A stretch of DNA of 64,000 nucleotides. Origin: an uncultured Alphaproteobacteria bacterium. Lineage in GTDB: Bacteria; Pseudomonadota; Alphaproteobacteria; Rhizobiales; Xanthobacteraceae. The notes beneath the pieces are model-generated. The model was not told the origin of the DNA, ran no database searches, and worked only from the letters and a program-made list of their open reading frames with translations. Shown piece after piece: positions 49,324-61,278 of the stretch (the stretch's first letter is position 1; each line of letters opens with the position of its first letter). A program made the translations under genes and the position numbers. The stretch is from the NCBI GenBank assembly GCA_963846055.1, contig CAWJUQ010000001.1, positions 2,608 through 66,607 of the forward strand, read 5' to 3'.

Positions 49324-50601
49324 TCACGCCGCGAACGCAACCTCCATGCGCCGGTTCATCTGGCGCACGACGGTGCAGGAGCGCGAAATACCGTCGGCTT
49401 CGATCAGGAGCTTGAACTTCTCAGGGATCCCGGCGGTGCTCGCTACCTCGACTTCGGCACCGTTATCGGACAGTGCGCGCACCGTACAGTCCACGACCGA
49501 TCGCCCGGTGTTGAACGCGATCTTGCCGGCTTTGAGCACGCGGCGCATCACGCCATCTTTCGCGCCTTCGGCGCTCTGCCACAGGGCGCAGCGATTGCGA
49601 CCGTTGTCCTTGGCGATGTAGAGCGCGACGTCGGCCCGCCGCAGCAGTTCGTCGATGTCGCCGACCGACCGGTCGAGAGTGGACACGCCGAAGCTCGCCG
49701 TGACCGATAGCGGCACGTCGGGTGTGGGCACCCTTTGCTGGGCGATGGTCGTGCGCAGGGTCTCGGCGACCTTCATCGCGTCAGCGGCGCTGGTATGCGG
49801 CAGAATGACCGCGAACTCTTCGCCGCCGATGCGGCCGAAAATATCGCTGGCGCGCAACCGCTCGCGGCACGCCCCCGCGCACTGCACTAGCACGACGTCG
49901 CCAGTGGCGTGACCGTGCCCGTCGTTCACCGCTTTGAAATGATCGATGTCGAAAACAATGCAGCTCGCCGTGTGCTTGTGGCGTAGCGCCAGCGCGACGG
50001 CGCGCTTCGCCTCGTTGCGAAAGCCGGAACGGGACAGCACACCGGTCAGGCCGTCGGTCGAGGTCAACCGCTGCGCCTCGAGTTCGCGCATAACCATGTC
50101 ACCCAGGTCGCGCAGAATGGCAATCTCGTTGGCGCCGAACTCGCGCGGCTTGGTGTCGACGATGCACAACGCGCCCAAGCCGTGGCCCTCCGGGCTTCGC
50201 AACTGTGCGCCGGCGTAGAAACGGATGTGCGGATCGCCTTTCACCAAGCCGGTCTCGGCAAACCGCGGATCGTTCAGCGCGTCGGGCACCACCAGCACTT
50301 CGCTCTGCCGAATGGCGACATTGCAGAACGAGTTGGCCTTGCAAGTCTGGTGATCCAGAATGCCCTGCCGCGACTTGAACCATTGCCGATGGCCATCGAT
50401 GACTGACACCGCCGACATCGGCACGCCAAAAACGTTGCGCGCGATTTGGGTGATCCGGTCGAAAGCCTGCTCCGCCGGCGTATCCAGAATGTCGTAGCTC
50501 TGCAGTGTCTCAAGTCGCGCGGCTTCCCGCTCGGCGGCGTCGTCCGCCGCCGTTTCGTCCGGCGCTACTTCGTTTGGTTTATCTTTCGTTTCCGTCAGCA
50601 T
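49324..50601 (-). CDS. GAF-GGDEF-PilZ diguanylate cyclase
   Basis: GAF-like region: LETLQSYDILDTP..ICNVAI..RFYAGAQL. GGDEF domain has DGLTGVLSR and RASD-x5-GGEEF (I-site plus A-site). PilZ-like C-terminus: RRVLKAGKIAFNTGRSVVDCTVRALSDNGAEVEV. Confidence 0.8.
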   Translation of the reverse strand: MLTETKDKPNEVAPDETAADDAAEREAARLETLQSYDILDTPAEQAFDRITQIARNVFGVPMSAVSVIDGHRQWFKSRQGILDHQTCKANSFCNVAIRQSEVLVVPDALNDPRFAETGLVKGDPHIRFYAGAQLRSPEGHGLGALCIVDTKPREFGANEIAILRDLGDMVMRELEAQRLTSTDGLTGVLSRSGFRNEAKRAVALALRHKHTASCIVFDIDHFKAVNDGHGHATGDVVLVQCAGACRERLRASDIFGRIGGEEFAVILPHTSAADAMKVAETLRTTIAQQRVPTPDVPLSVTASFGVSTLDRSVGDIDELLRRADVALYIAKDNGRNRCALWQSAEGAKDGVMRRVLKAGKIAFNTGRSVVDCTVRALSDNGAEVEVASTAGIPEKFKLLIEADGISRSCTVVRQMNRRMEVAFAA

Positions 50602-50802
50602 GCAGAAAGCCTAGCGCAACCGGCTTGCAGAACCGTTGCCCACTAATTCAAAATTTCCGGACTTCGGTTGGAGGTCGTTAGCGCACGTGCCGCGGACGCG
50701 CGAGCGCGTTGTGAAAGGCGGCCCTGCTGGCCGGCCTCACCCGATCTTCCGTTGAAACCGCATCATGAATTGTGATATCATATTGATATCGCGGAGGCGT
50801 TC

Positions 50803-51045
50803 ATGGTCGATATTTTGGTCCGCAACGTTGACGGCGACACCGCGAAGCGGCTCAAGAGCAAGGCCAAAGCCGCAGGCAAGTCGGTCAGCGAGATCGCCCG
50901 CGACGCGCTTATTGCCGCCGCCAAGCCCGGTAAGGAAGAGGCGTGGGCCGAGGCGGATCGCATTCGCGCAAAGCTGCGCGCCAGACTTGGCCGCGATCTT
51001 CCCGATTCCACGCCCGGCATTCGCGAAGATCGCGACACGCGTTGA
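50803..51045 (+). CDS. vapB: Ribbon-helix-helix (FitA/VapB-like) antitoxin
   Basis: MVDILVRNVDGDTAKRLKSKAKAAGKSVSEIARDAL. Ends 10 nt upstream of the PIN gene. Confidence 0.7.
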   Translation: MVDILVRNVDGDTAKRLKSKAKAAGKSVSEIARDALIAAAKPGKEEAWAEADRIRAKLRARLGRDLPDSTPGIREDRDTR

Positions 51046-51055
51046 GCGCTGACCG

Positions 51056-51460
51056 ATGACACTCGTCGTCGATGCCAGCGTCGCCGTCAAATGGGTGCTT
51101 CCTGAACTGGGCTCCGAGCGCGCCGTCGCAATCCGGGCGACCGACGAAGACCTCATCGCCCCTTCCCTCGTCAGTGCCGAGATCGGCAATGCGATCTGGC
51201 GCACAGTCCTTCGCGGCGATTTGCCCGCGGCGGAAGCGCACGACTATCTTAAAACGGCGATTGCGCATTATCAGCGCATTATTCTGCTCGAAGAACTGAC
51301 GGATGCGGCCATCGCGTTGGCGATCCGGCTAAAGCACCCGATTTATGATTGCTTTTACTTGGCGCTTGCCGAGCGCGAGCGTTGCGCACTGATCACGGCG
51401 GATGCGCGGCTCATTGAGGCGGCGAAACGGATAAAGACCGTCGAAGTGCGCAGTTTGTAA
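51056..51460 (+). CDS. vapC: PIN-domain toxin VapC
   Basis: LVVDASVAVKW (Asp), SAEIGNAIW (Glu), IYDCFYLALA (Asp) and ITADARL (Asp). Confidence 0.8.
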   Translation: MTLVVDASVAVKWVLPELGSERAVAIRATDEDLIAPSLVSAEIGNAIWRTVLRGDLPAAEAHDYLKTAIAHYQRIILLEELTDAAIALAIRLKHPIYDCFYLALAERERCALITADARLIEAAKRIKTVEVRSL

Positions 51461-51504
51461 AGTAAGAACAGCCGCGCCCTTGGATTTTCAAAACAAACCG
51501 TTCC

Positions 51505-53037
51505 TCACACCGGCAAATTGTCGTGCTTTCGCCCCGGCATCTCGACCGTCTTGCCGCGCAGCATGGCGAGCGCGCGGGCGATGCGCGGGCGCGTGGCGCT
51601 CGGCATGATGACGTCGTCGATATAGCCGCGCTCGGCGGCGATGAACGGCGAAAGAAATCGCTCCTCGTATTCCCTGGTGCGCGCGGCGATCTTGTCCGGA
51701 TCGCCGATGTCGGAGCGAAAAATGATCTCGACCGCGCCTTTGGCGCCCATTACCGCGATCTGCGCCGTCGGCCAGGCATAGTTGACGTCGCCGCCGATAT
51801 GCTTTGACGCCATCACGTCATAGGCGCCGCCAAAGGCCTTGCGCGTGATCACCGTGACCAGCGGCACGGTCGCCTGCGAATACGCGAACAACAGCTTCGC
51901 GCCGTGCTTGATCAGGCCGCCATATTCCTGCGCGGTGCCGGGCAAGAAGCCCGGCACGTCGACAAACGTCACGATCGGAATGTTGAACGCGTCGCAGAAG
52001 CGGACGAACCGCGCCGCCTTGCGGCTGGCGTCGCTGTCCAGAACGCCAGCGAGCACCATCGGCTGGTTGGCGACGAAGCCGACGGTGCGGCCGGCGATCC
52101 TGCCGAAACCGATGACGATGTTCCGGGCGAAGGTTTCCGACAGCTCGAAGAAATCCCCCTCGTCCACGACTTTGAGGATCAATTCTTTGATGTCGTAGGG
52201 CTTGTTCGGATTATCCGGCACCAGCGAATTGAGCGAAGGCTCGATACGGTCGGCCGCGTCCAATGACGGCCATTCGGGAACGCCGGCGGAAAAGTTCGCC
52301 GGCAGAAAATCAAGCAGCCGCCGCATCTGCAGCAGGCATTCGACGTCGTTGTCGTAGGCGCCGTCCGCGATCGAGGATTTGGTCGCGTGCACCGAGGCGC
52401 CGCCCAATTCTTCGGCGGTGACGATCTCGTTGGTCACCGTCTTCACTACGTCGGGCCCGGTGACGAACATGTAGCTCGTGTCGCGCACCATGAAGATGAA
52501 ATCGGTCATGGCCGGCGAGTAAACGTCACCGCCGGCGCACGGCCCCATGATCACCGAAATCTGCGGAATGACGCCCGAGGCGATGACGTTTCTCTTGAAC
52601 ACCTCGCCGTAGCCGCCGAGCGCGGCGACCCCCTCCTGAATGCGGGCCCCGCCGGCGTCAAACAACCCGACGATCGGGGCGCGCGCACGCATCGCCATAT
52701 CCTGGATCTTCATGATTTTCTGCGCGTGCGTCTCCGACAGCGAGCCGCCGAACACGGTAAAATCCTTGGCGAACACAAAGACGCTGCGGCCGTTCACCGT
52801 GCCCCAGCCGGTGACGACGCCGTCACCGGCGATCTTCGAATTTTCCATGCCGAAGTCGCCGGAGCGGTGCTCGACGAACATGTCGAACTCCTCGAAGGAG
52901 TTCTTGTCCATCAGCAGTTCGACGCGCTCGCGGGCGGTGAGCTTGCCGCGCTTGTGCTGCGCCTCGACGCGGCGGGTTCCGCCGCCGGCGCGCGCATTGT
53001 CGCGGCGCGCTTCGAGCTTGTCGACGATGTCTTTCAT
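51505..53037 (-). CDS. pccB: Propionyl-CoA carboxylase beta subunit / acyl-CoA carboxyltransferase
   Basis: 510 aa starting [12 protein letters not shown]. Contains [33 protein letters not shown] and [26 protein letters not shown]. Confidence 0.9.
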   Translation of the reverse strand: MKDIVDKLEARRDNARAGGGTRRVEAQHKRGKLTARERVELLMDKNSFEEFDMFVEHRSGDFGMENSKIAGDGVVTGWGTVNGRSVFVFAKDFTVFGGSLSETHAQKIMKIQDMAMRARAPIVGLFDAGGARIQEGVAALGGYGEVFKRNVIASGVIPQISVIMGPCAGGDVYSPAMTDFIFMVRDTSYMFVTGPDVVKTVTNEIVTAEELGGASVHATKSSIADGAYDNDVECLLQMRRLLDFLPANFSAGVPEWPSLDAADRIEPSLNSLVPDNPNKPYDIKELILKVVDEGDFFELSETFARNIVIGFGRIAGRTVGFVANQPMVLAGVLDSDASRKAARFVRFCDAFNIPIVTFVDVPGFLPGTAQEYGGLIKHGAKLLFAYSQATVPLVTVITRKAFGGAYDVMASKHIGGDVNYAWPTAQIAVMGAKGAVEIIFRSDIGDPDKIAARTREYEERFLSPFIAAERGYIDDVIMPSATRPRIARALAMLRGKTVEMPGRKHDNLPV

Positions 53038-53307
53038 CGCTGGCCGCCCTGCGATTCCTGTTGCCCTAGCGTTCCGCAAAATCACCTTAGCGGCGCGCAA
53101 AAGCAAGGCTCGCGGATGATCGGGTGATGGGTCGGTAGCCAAAAGGTTCTTTGCCGCGCACGGCCGCCCCGCACCTCCTGCCTGCATCGGACAGCGGCCC
53201 GGGCCTTGAGTCTCGTCGCGCGTCGTGCATGAACGTGCCGGTGGACGCCCAGAAAAACGACGCAGTGACGGGGAACCGGCCTGATCGGCGCACTCGAACG
53301 CCGGCCG

Positions 53308-54763
53308 TTGACGGCGTTCGGCGGCTTCCTCGTACTCCATGCGTTCGTTTGGACGCTGCTGCCGTCACTGCTTTACAAAAACCTGCCGCTCGACGTCATC
53401 GAGGCGATGACCTATGGCCGAGAGTGGCAGGCCGGCTACGACAAGTTGCCGCCGCTACCCTGGTATCTTGCCGAAATCGCTTATCGCCTGTTCGGCGCCG
53501 ATGACGCGCTCTACGCGCTGTCGCAGCTCGCGGTCATTATCGCGTTCGCATTCGTGTGGCTGACGGCCCGCCCGCTGATCGGCACAGCCGGCGCTTTTGC
53601 CGCCGTGCTGATCATCGACGGCATGAATTACTTCAACACCAGCGCCACCAAATTCAATCATAACGTCGCCGAGCTGCCGCTGTGGGCGCTGGCGGGCTTC
53701 GCGTTTTTCGCCGCGCTCCGCGGCGGCCAGTTGCGATTTTGGATCTTGCTCGGCATCGCGCTTGGGCTCGCGTGGTGGGCGAAGTATTTCATGGTGATCC
53801 TCGCGGCGCCGCTCGCGCTATTTCTGCTGGTCGATCCGGAGGCGCGGCGGCGATTAGCGGGTCCCGGTCCCTGGATCGCCGCCGCGGTGACAGCTCATTG
53901 TCGCGGCGCCGAACCTTTTCTGGATTTTTCAGCACAGCGACCAAGCGTTCGGATACGTCGAGACGCGGGCGCGCGTGGCGGCAGGCCTGCTGGATTGGTT
54001 GCTCAATCCGGTGGGATTTCTCGGCGCTCAGGCCGTCTATGTCGTCCCGGCGCTGCTGATTGCACTGCCGCTATTCTTGCCGCCGGTGAGGCCTGGGCCG
54101 CGCGTGGAAATCGACGCATTCGAGCGCCGCGCTATTTCGGTGCTCGCCCTAGGGCCGGCGCTTGCGCTTTTTGTGTTTTCCGCGCTCAGCGGACGCGCGA
54201 CGCAGGCGATGTGGGGCTTTCCGCTGTGGACGTTCCTCGGCCTGCAATTGTGTCTGTTGGTGCCGGCAGCCGCGTTGCGCGCCCGGTTCGCGGCGCTTGC
54301 CGCGGTGTGGGCCCTCATCTCCCTGATTTACATCGGCGCCTTTGTCGCTGATTACACGGTGTTGCCGGATTTCGATCACCGCTACCGTGCCGCGTTTTTC
54401 CCGGGCGACCGGCTTTCGGCCGAAATCACCCAACGCTTCCATGCCGCGACCGGCGACGAGCCGTCTTACGTCATCGCCTCGATGTGGGACGGCGGCAACG
54501 TGGCGCATTATTCGAAAGACCGTCCGCAGCCGCGGGTATTGATCGACGGGTTGCCGCGCCGCGCGCCGTGGATCGATCTCTCCGATCTTAAGGCGAAGGG
54601 AGCCGTTGTGGTGTGGACGGACGGCGATCCGCGTGTCATGCCGGAAGCCTTCGCCGCGATCGCGCCCGGAGTTAAGCCGGGTGAACCGTTCGATCTGCCC
54701 TATCACCGTGGCGAGGGAACTGTGCATGTCGGGTGGGCGATCCTGCCTCCGCAATCCCCCTAA
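53308..54763 (+). pseudogene. GT39 / ArnT-PMT-like membrane glycosyltransferase, one frameshift near 53890
   Basis: NLPLDVIEAMTYGREWQAGYDKLPPLPWYL reads in frame 1. It continues LIVAAPNLFWIFQHSDQAFGYVE..LLDWLLNPVGFLG in the frame of ORF 53975..54763. Confidence 0.65.
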
Positions 54764-54808
54764 CTTTCCGCGGACGCGGCGGAATGCTAGTTTGCGCCAA
54801 GACATGCG

Positions 54809-55474
54809 GTGACAAGGCTCAAGATGCTGGATACGGCAAAACTTTTGCGGCTCGACGCGTTTCGCGCAACCCCTCTGACACGAGAGCCGTTCCCCTATTT
54901 GATTGTTGAGGGTTTCATCGGCTCGGCAGCGCTGGCCGCGATCAATGCCGATTATCCGAAGGTTTCTTCATCGGGCAGCTTTCCGGTCGACGAAGTGAGC
55001 TTTGGCGCCGCTTTTCAAAAGCTGCTGGACGAACTTGAAAGCGAGGAGTTTCGCGCGGCTTTCGAGGAAAAATTTGCCATCGACCTCTCCGGCCGTCCGA
55101 CCGTCACCACCGTGCGCGGCCGCTGCGACTCCAGCGACGGCAGAATTCATACCGATTCCAAAAGCAAGATCATCACCGTTCTCATCTACATGAACGAAAC
55201 CTGGGGCGAGGCCGCGGGGCGATTACGGCTGCTTCGTTCGGCGGACGATCTTGATGACGTCATTGTCGAGGTGCCTCCGGTTGCGGGGACGCTGCTCGCA
55301 TTCAAGCGCAGCGACAACTCGTGGCACGGCCACCAGCCGTTCGTCGGCGAACGGCGTGTCATTCAGTTCAACTGGCTGACCTCGCAAGGCAACCGGCAGA
55401 TCGCCATGCTGCGCCACCACGCCTCGGCCTCGTTCAAACGGGTTTTGAATACCATTCTGCCGGGTCGCGCATAA
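54809..55474 (+). CDS. 2OG-Fe(II) oxygenase superfamily protein
   Basis: GRIHTDSKSKIITVLIYMN (HxD) and NSWHGH (distal His). An alternative ATG start lies at 54824. Confidence 0.6.
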   Translation: MTRLKMLDTAKLLRLDAFRATPLTREPFPYLIVEGFIGSAALAAINADYPKVSSSGSFPVDEVSFGAAFQKLLDELESEEFRAAFEEKFAIDLSGRPTVTTVRGRCDSSDGRIHTDSKSKIITVLIYMNETWGEAAGRLRLLRSADDLDDVIVEVPPVAGTLLAFKRSDNSWHGHQPFVGERRVIQFNWLTSQGNRQIAMLRHHASASFKRVLNTILPGRA

Positions 55475-55513
55475 TTGACGTCCTAAGAAATCCGGCGCGA
55501 GAGGAGTTAGTTT

Positions 55514-56694
55514 TTGATCACGCCTCCGGCCGATCTGCGTGACCGAGAGTTTGCCAAAATTCTGCTGATCAAACTGTCGGCGGTCGGCGACGTCATCCAC
55601 ACCATCCCGGTCCTCAACAAATTGCGACGCCGCTATCCAGCGGCGCAATTGGACTGGCTGGTAACCCCGGCGATTGGCGAACTTCTCCGCCACCATCCGG
55701 CGATCAGCAATGTCGTCGAATTCGCCCGCGACGATTGGTCGGCGCCGTGGCGGCCGATTCGGCTGGCCGCAAAGCTGCGCCGCACCCGCTACGACCTTGT
55801 TGTCGACATGCACGGCCAGTTCCGCACCGCCCTCTTCGCGCTTGCGACCGGCGCGCCGGTACGGATCGGCTTCGACCGGCCGCGTGCCAGCGTATGGGAC
55901 GCCTCGCCGCGAAAGTTTCCCGAGGAAACGCGCAAGCACGCCTGGCAGGGGGCGCGCGAGGGAAGCTGGATCGCCTACACCCATCACATCCCGATCCCTA
56001 CCCTCGACCTCCATGCGGTCGACCGCTACCTCAATGTCGGGCCGTTGCTTGGCCTCGACGGCGGCGCCGCGGACTTTTCGTTTCCGATTCCCGCCGAAGC
56101 GAACAACCGCATCGAGGCGCTGCTCGACTACTACGGCGCTGCAGGTAAAAAGCTTGCGGTGCTGGCGCCGGGCACCATCTGGGAGACCAAACAATGGCGT
56201 CGCGCCGGCTTCGCCGAGGTGGCGCATTATCTTTTGCAAAAAGGCTTTGCGGTCGTACTTGCCGGGGCGGCGCGCGAGCAGCGCCGTTTGCGCCGAGGTC
56301 GCGAAACTTGAGCGCGGGCGTTATTAATCTCGCCGGCGAAACGACGTTAAGCGAGCTCGCCGCGCTGGTCCGGCGCGCGGCCATCTGCGTGACCAACGAT
56401 TCAGGTCCGATGCATCTTGCCGTCGCGCTCGAACGTCCGGTGGTGAGCATCTTTGGGCCGACCGATCCGGTCTGGATCGGCCCCTATCGCCGCGCTGATG
56501 CGGTGCTGCAAACGAAGCTCGAGTGCTCGCCGTGCTATCTGCGGCAACTCAGCCGGTGCCCGAATGGCCACCGCTGCATGACTGAGGTTTCCGCGACCGC
56601 CGTGATCGAACGCGTCGAAGCGGTCATGCGCGGACAGCCGAAAAATGCCGGCCCAGCGCAGGCTCGGGTGATATCAGCCGGCGTCGCGCCGTAG
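55514..56694 (+). pseudogene. GT9 glycosyltransferase (heptosyltransferase family), one frameshift near 56285
   Basis: ILLIKLSAVGDVIHTIPVLNKLRRRYPAAQLDWLV reads in ORF 55514. INLAGETTLSELAALVRRAAICVTNDSGPMHLAVAL reads in ORF 56194. Confidence 0.75.
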
Positions 56695-57471
56695 CGGGCC
56701 GCTTTGCGGCGGCTGCCAGTCCTGCACGATCTCGTAACGCTTGGCGTAGCGATAGAACGTCACTTCGAAATACGCGAACGCAATGACGAAGCCGGCCCAG
56801 CCGTCGACAAATCCGCGCTTCAAAAGATAGTGCTTCCAAAATGCCCAGCACGCGTGCCCGAACGCGCTCGGCATCGACACACGCTTGTGAGCGAGCTTTG
56901 GCGCGCCGAGGGTCGAATACCGGCTCATCTTACGTATGACTTCGTCGAGATTGCGGAACGGAAACTGCCAGATGGCGTTCCGCAACGTGCCGAGCGTCGC
57001 CTCGCCGAGGATTTCATAACCCTCGTGTACCGGTTCGAGCGTGTAGCGCATGCTGCCTTTACGAAACAGCTGCGGCTGGCGGAAATTCGGATACCAGCCG
57101 GAACCGCGAATGCGCCGGCCCATGAAGTAATTGCGCCGCGGCACCCGATAAACGTCGTGCGCTGGGGTGCCGGCAAGCAGGCCCAAAATCTCGTCGCGCA
57201 CCTCCGCGGTGCAGCGTTCGTCGGAATCAAGACTGAAGATCCACTCGCAGCGGCACGCCTCGATCGCGCGGTTGCGCAAATCGCCAAAGCCCACGAATGG
57301 TACCTGGACAACACGCGCGCCAAGCCCTGTGGCAATTTCGGGCGTGCCGTCGGTACTCGCGGAATTGACGACGACAATTTCGTCGGCCCACAAGACGGTC
57401 TCGATCGCGGCTTTGATCTTCGCCGCTTCGTTGAACGCGAGAATATAGGCTGAGACGGTTTGCATTTGCAC
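56674..57471 (-). CDS. GT2 glycosyltransferase (LPS-core WaaE/KdtX-like)
   Basis: VSAYILAFNEAAKI, VVNSASTDGT and FSLDSDERCT (DxD-type). 265 aa. Confidence 0.75.
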   Translation of the reverse strand: MQMQTVSAYILAFNEAAKIKAAIETVLWADEIVVVNSASTDGTPEIATGLGARVVQVPFVGFGDLRNRAIEACRCEWIFSLDSDERCTAEVRDEILGLLAGTPAHDVYRVPRRNYFMGRRIRGSGWYPNFRQPQLFRKGSMRYTLEPVHEGYEILGEATLGTLRNAIWQFPFRNLDEVIRKMSRYSTLGAPKLAHKRVSMPSAFGHACWAFWKHYLLKRGFVDGWAGFVIAFAYFEVTFYRYAKRYEIVQDWQPPQSGPLRRDAG

Positions 57472-57482
57472 GGATCAAGCGG

Positions 57483-57938
57483 TCAGGCGGGACGCTCGCG
57501 TGCCGCCAACACCGCGAGCCACATGTAAAGCGCGAGCAGAGTCACCTCGCCGAGAACAATCAAAAAGCTGCCGCCATAAACCTGCGGGAAGAAAACCTCC
57601 ACTACCGCCATCGACACGACGGCCGTCAGCCAAACGACCGCGCCCCACGCGGCCGCGAGCCACAGCCCGACCGCGGCGACCAGATCAATGACAGCGAAAA
57701 ATACCGTAGCCGTTCGCCAGGCGACAGAGTGCAGCTCGAAACTCCCGGTACCGACGCCAATTCCGCAAATCTGCGCCCAGTGATAGACACCCTTGAGCAG
57801 AGACAGGACAGCCATAATCCGCATGAACAAAACAAGACGAGTAGACCAGGCGCCCGCGATGTTTCGCGGCTGCCCGACCTGGACCGGCTCAAGCAGGTCG
57901 GTCGACCGTGTGGGCTGGCGCTGCATTCTATCGCTCAT
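57483..57938 (-). CDS. Small 4-TM membrane protein (DUF6163-like)
   Basis: Hydrophobic segments LVLFMRIMAVLSLL, ATVFFAVIDLVAAVGLWLAAAWGAVVWL and FLIVLGEVTLLALYMWLAVL. The family name is from memory and weakly supported. Confidence 0.45.
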   Translation of the reverse strand: MSDRMQRQPTRSTDLLEPVQVGQPRNIAGAWSTRLVLFMRIMAVLSLLKGVYHWAQICGIGVGTGSFELHSVAWRTATVFFAVIDLVAAVGLWLAAAWGAVVWLTAVVSMAVVEVFFPQVYGGSFLIVLGEVTLLALYMWLAVLAARERPA

Positions 57939-58075
57939 GGCAGGGCGGCTTTGAGCACTCGCGGTGAGCCAAAGTCAATCCTGGTGTGGGACTGCTGCAG
58001 CGTGGCACTGGTTTGATTTTGCCCGTGGCGAGTGGCGGGTGAAACAGCTAAAAGAGCGCGGTACTGGAGCTCGCC

Positions 58076-59141
<1,066 letters not shown>

Positions 59142-59173
59142 AGTTCTCGCCCGCGACTGACGAGGCGAATGTC

Positions 59174-59884
59174 ATGCATGACGACGACAATCGATTTCAG
59201 CGATTCGTGCCGCTGTTGAGGCGAGTCATTATTTTGTTGGCCGTACTCGCGGCGACGCCGGTGGTGCTGTGGATGATCACCACCTTCGTGCGCGCCTATG
59301 TCGGTCCGCCCAAAATCCCCGCGCTCCGCCAGATTGCTTCGACCCAGCAGATGGCTGCCCCGACAACCGCCGCGGCAAGCACGCCGAGCTCCGAAGCGTC
59401 GACCAAGGTCGCTGATATCGGCACTTCGACGACGGATGTCACCGCGACCACCTCGGACGCGCGCGACACGGCCTCTCCCAAAGGATCGATGCTCGCCGAT
59501 CGGCCGTCCGACGCCTCCGCCAATGTGCCGACCACGGCGCCCGTCCCTTCCATGCCATTGCAGTCTCAAACTTCACCGGCTTCGGTGAGCGCGGCACCAA
59601 TCAGTCAATCACCTGCGGCAAACACCATGACGGCCGAAGCGTCGCCGCCGCCCGCAGTTGCCGAGCAACAGCCCGACGTCATGCCCCCTGCTCCGCCGTT
59701 GACCGGCAAAATTCCATTGCCGCGGCATCGGCCGCGCGGGCTGGGTGACGCCGGCACGACGCGCATAGCGCAGGGCGCCGTGCCCGTGCCGCGCCCTCGC
59801 CCCGATGCTGCTGGACCGGTGGTTACGCCGGAAACTACAAACTCAACTCCGTTGGATTTTCTGCAAAATATGTTTCACCAGTAG
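59174..59884 (+). CDS. Membrane-anchored low-complexity (Pro/Thr/Ser/Ala-rich) protein
   Basis: N-terminal TM segment VIILLAVLAATPVVLWMI followed by a disordered-looking tail. Confidence 0.4.
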   Translation: MHDDDNRFQRFVPLLRRVIILLAVLAATPVVLWMITTFVRAYVGPPKIPALRQIASTQQMAAPTTAAASTPSSEASTKVADIGTSTTDVTATTSDARDTASPKGSMLADRPSDASANVPTTAPVPSMPLQSQTSPASVSAAPISQSPAANTMTAEASPPPAVAEQQPDVMPPAPPLTGKIPLPRHRPRGLGDAGTTRIAQGAVPVPRPRPDAAGPVVTPETTNSTPLDFLQNMFHQ

Positions 59885-59891
59885 CGCGCCA

Positions 59892-61131
59892 TCAATCGCG
59901 CGCTGATCCGCTCGGCATCTGCACCGGCTGATAGCCGTCGGCGGCGAGCGCCTGAAAGATTTCGGCGGCGTGCGCGGCATCCCGCGTCTCCATTGTCACG
60001 TCGAGCTTGGCGCCCTTTGCCGGAACATCGAGAAACAAGCGATGATGGTCGACGCTGAGAATATTGGCGCCGAATTCACCGAGCCGCGTCGCGATTTGTC
60101 CTAAAATCCCGGGCCGGTCCGGAATGGTCAGGCGGAACGAGACGATTCGCTCGGCCCGCTCCAGCTCTCGCACCATGATGGACGCGAGAATACGCGGATC
60201 GATATTCCCTCCGCACAGGATCAAGCCGACCTTCCGTCCGCGGAACTGGTCCGGCTTGGCGAGCATCGCGGCCAGGCCCGCGGCGCCGGCGCCCTCGGCC
60301 ATTGTCTTTTGCAGAGTGAGAAACGCATTCACCGCGCGCTCGATCAATTGCTCGTCGACCAACACGATGTCGCTCACCAGCTTGCGAATAATCGGCAGCG
60401 TAAGCTTGCCGACGTTCTTCACCGCAATGCCTTCGGCGAGTGTGGCGCCGCCGCATGGCCGGTTCTCGCCGCGGATCGCGTTCCAGACCGATGGATAGAG
60501 TGCCGACTCCGCTCCGACGACGGTGATCGAGGGATTCGTGGCGCGCGCGGCGATCGCGCAACCGGCGATGAGTCCGCCACCGCCAATCGGCACGATCAAA
60601 GTGTCGAGATCGGGCACCTCTTCGAGCATTTCGAGCGCCACCGTGCCCTGCCCGGCGATGATATGCGGATCGTCATAGGGATGGACCCAGACCAGATTCT
60701 CCGCCTCGGCGACGGCCTCGCGCGCGCGCCTGCGCATCGGAGACGCTCTCACCTTCGAGAATGACAGTCGCGCCCAGCGCCTCGGTTGCTTTGATCTTCA
60801 CGAAAGGCGCCGTCACCGGCATCACGATGGTCGCCGGAATGGCCAGACGCCGCGCATGATAGGCGACCGCCTGGGCGTGATTGCCGGCTGACATCGCAAT
60901 CACGCCACGTCGCCGCTCTTCCGGCGTAAGCGCTGCAAGCTTCACGCAGGCGCCGCGCTCCTTGAACGAGTTGGTTACTTGAAGATTTTCGTATTTCACA
61001 AAAACGTCGGCGCCGGTCAGCGCCGACAACGGCGGCGCCGGCAATAGCGGCGTGCGGAGAACGTGTCCCGCGATCGTATGCCGGGCCGCCTCGATATCCG
61101 CGAGCGTCACCATAATGGCCTTTTTCCCCAT
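59892..61131 (-). pseudogene. ilvA: Threonine ammonia-lyase (PLP-dependent, with C-terminal ACT-like domain), one frameshift near 60740
   Basis: VFVKYENLQVTNSFKERGA (PLP Lys) and AMSAGNHAQAVAYHA read in ORF 60673. HPYDDPHIIAGQGT..PIGGGGLIAG reads in ORF 59892. Confidence 0.8.
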
Positions 61132-61278
61132 TTTTGCCGGCGTTACAATGTTGAAATCACATTGAGACTCAGGCGGATTTAGTCTTTGACGCTTGGGTAT
61201 TCTCGGGCAAATTAGAGGGCAGCCGGACTTCGTGGCCAAGGCGGCAATGGAACGAGCAGTTAAAAGGCGAAACGCCCC

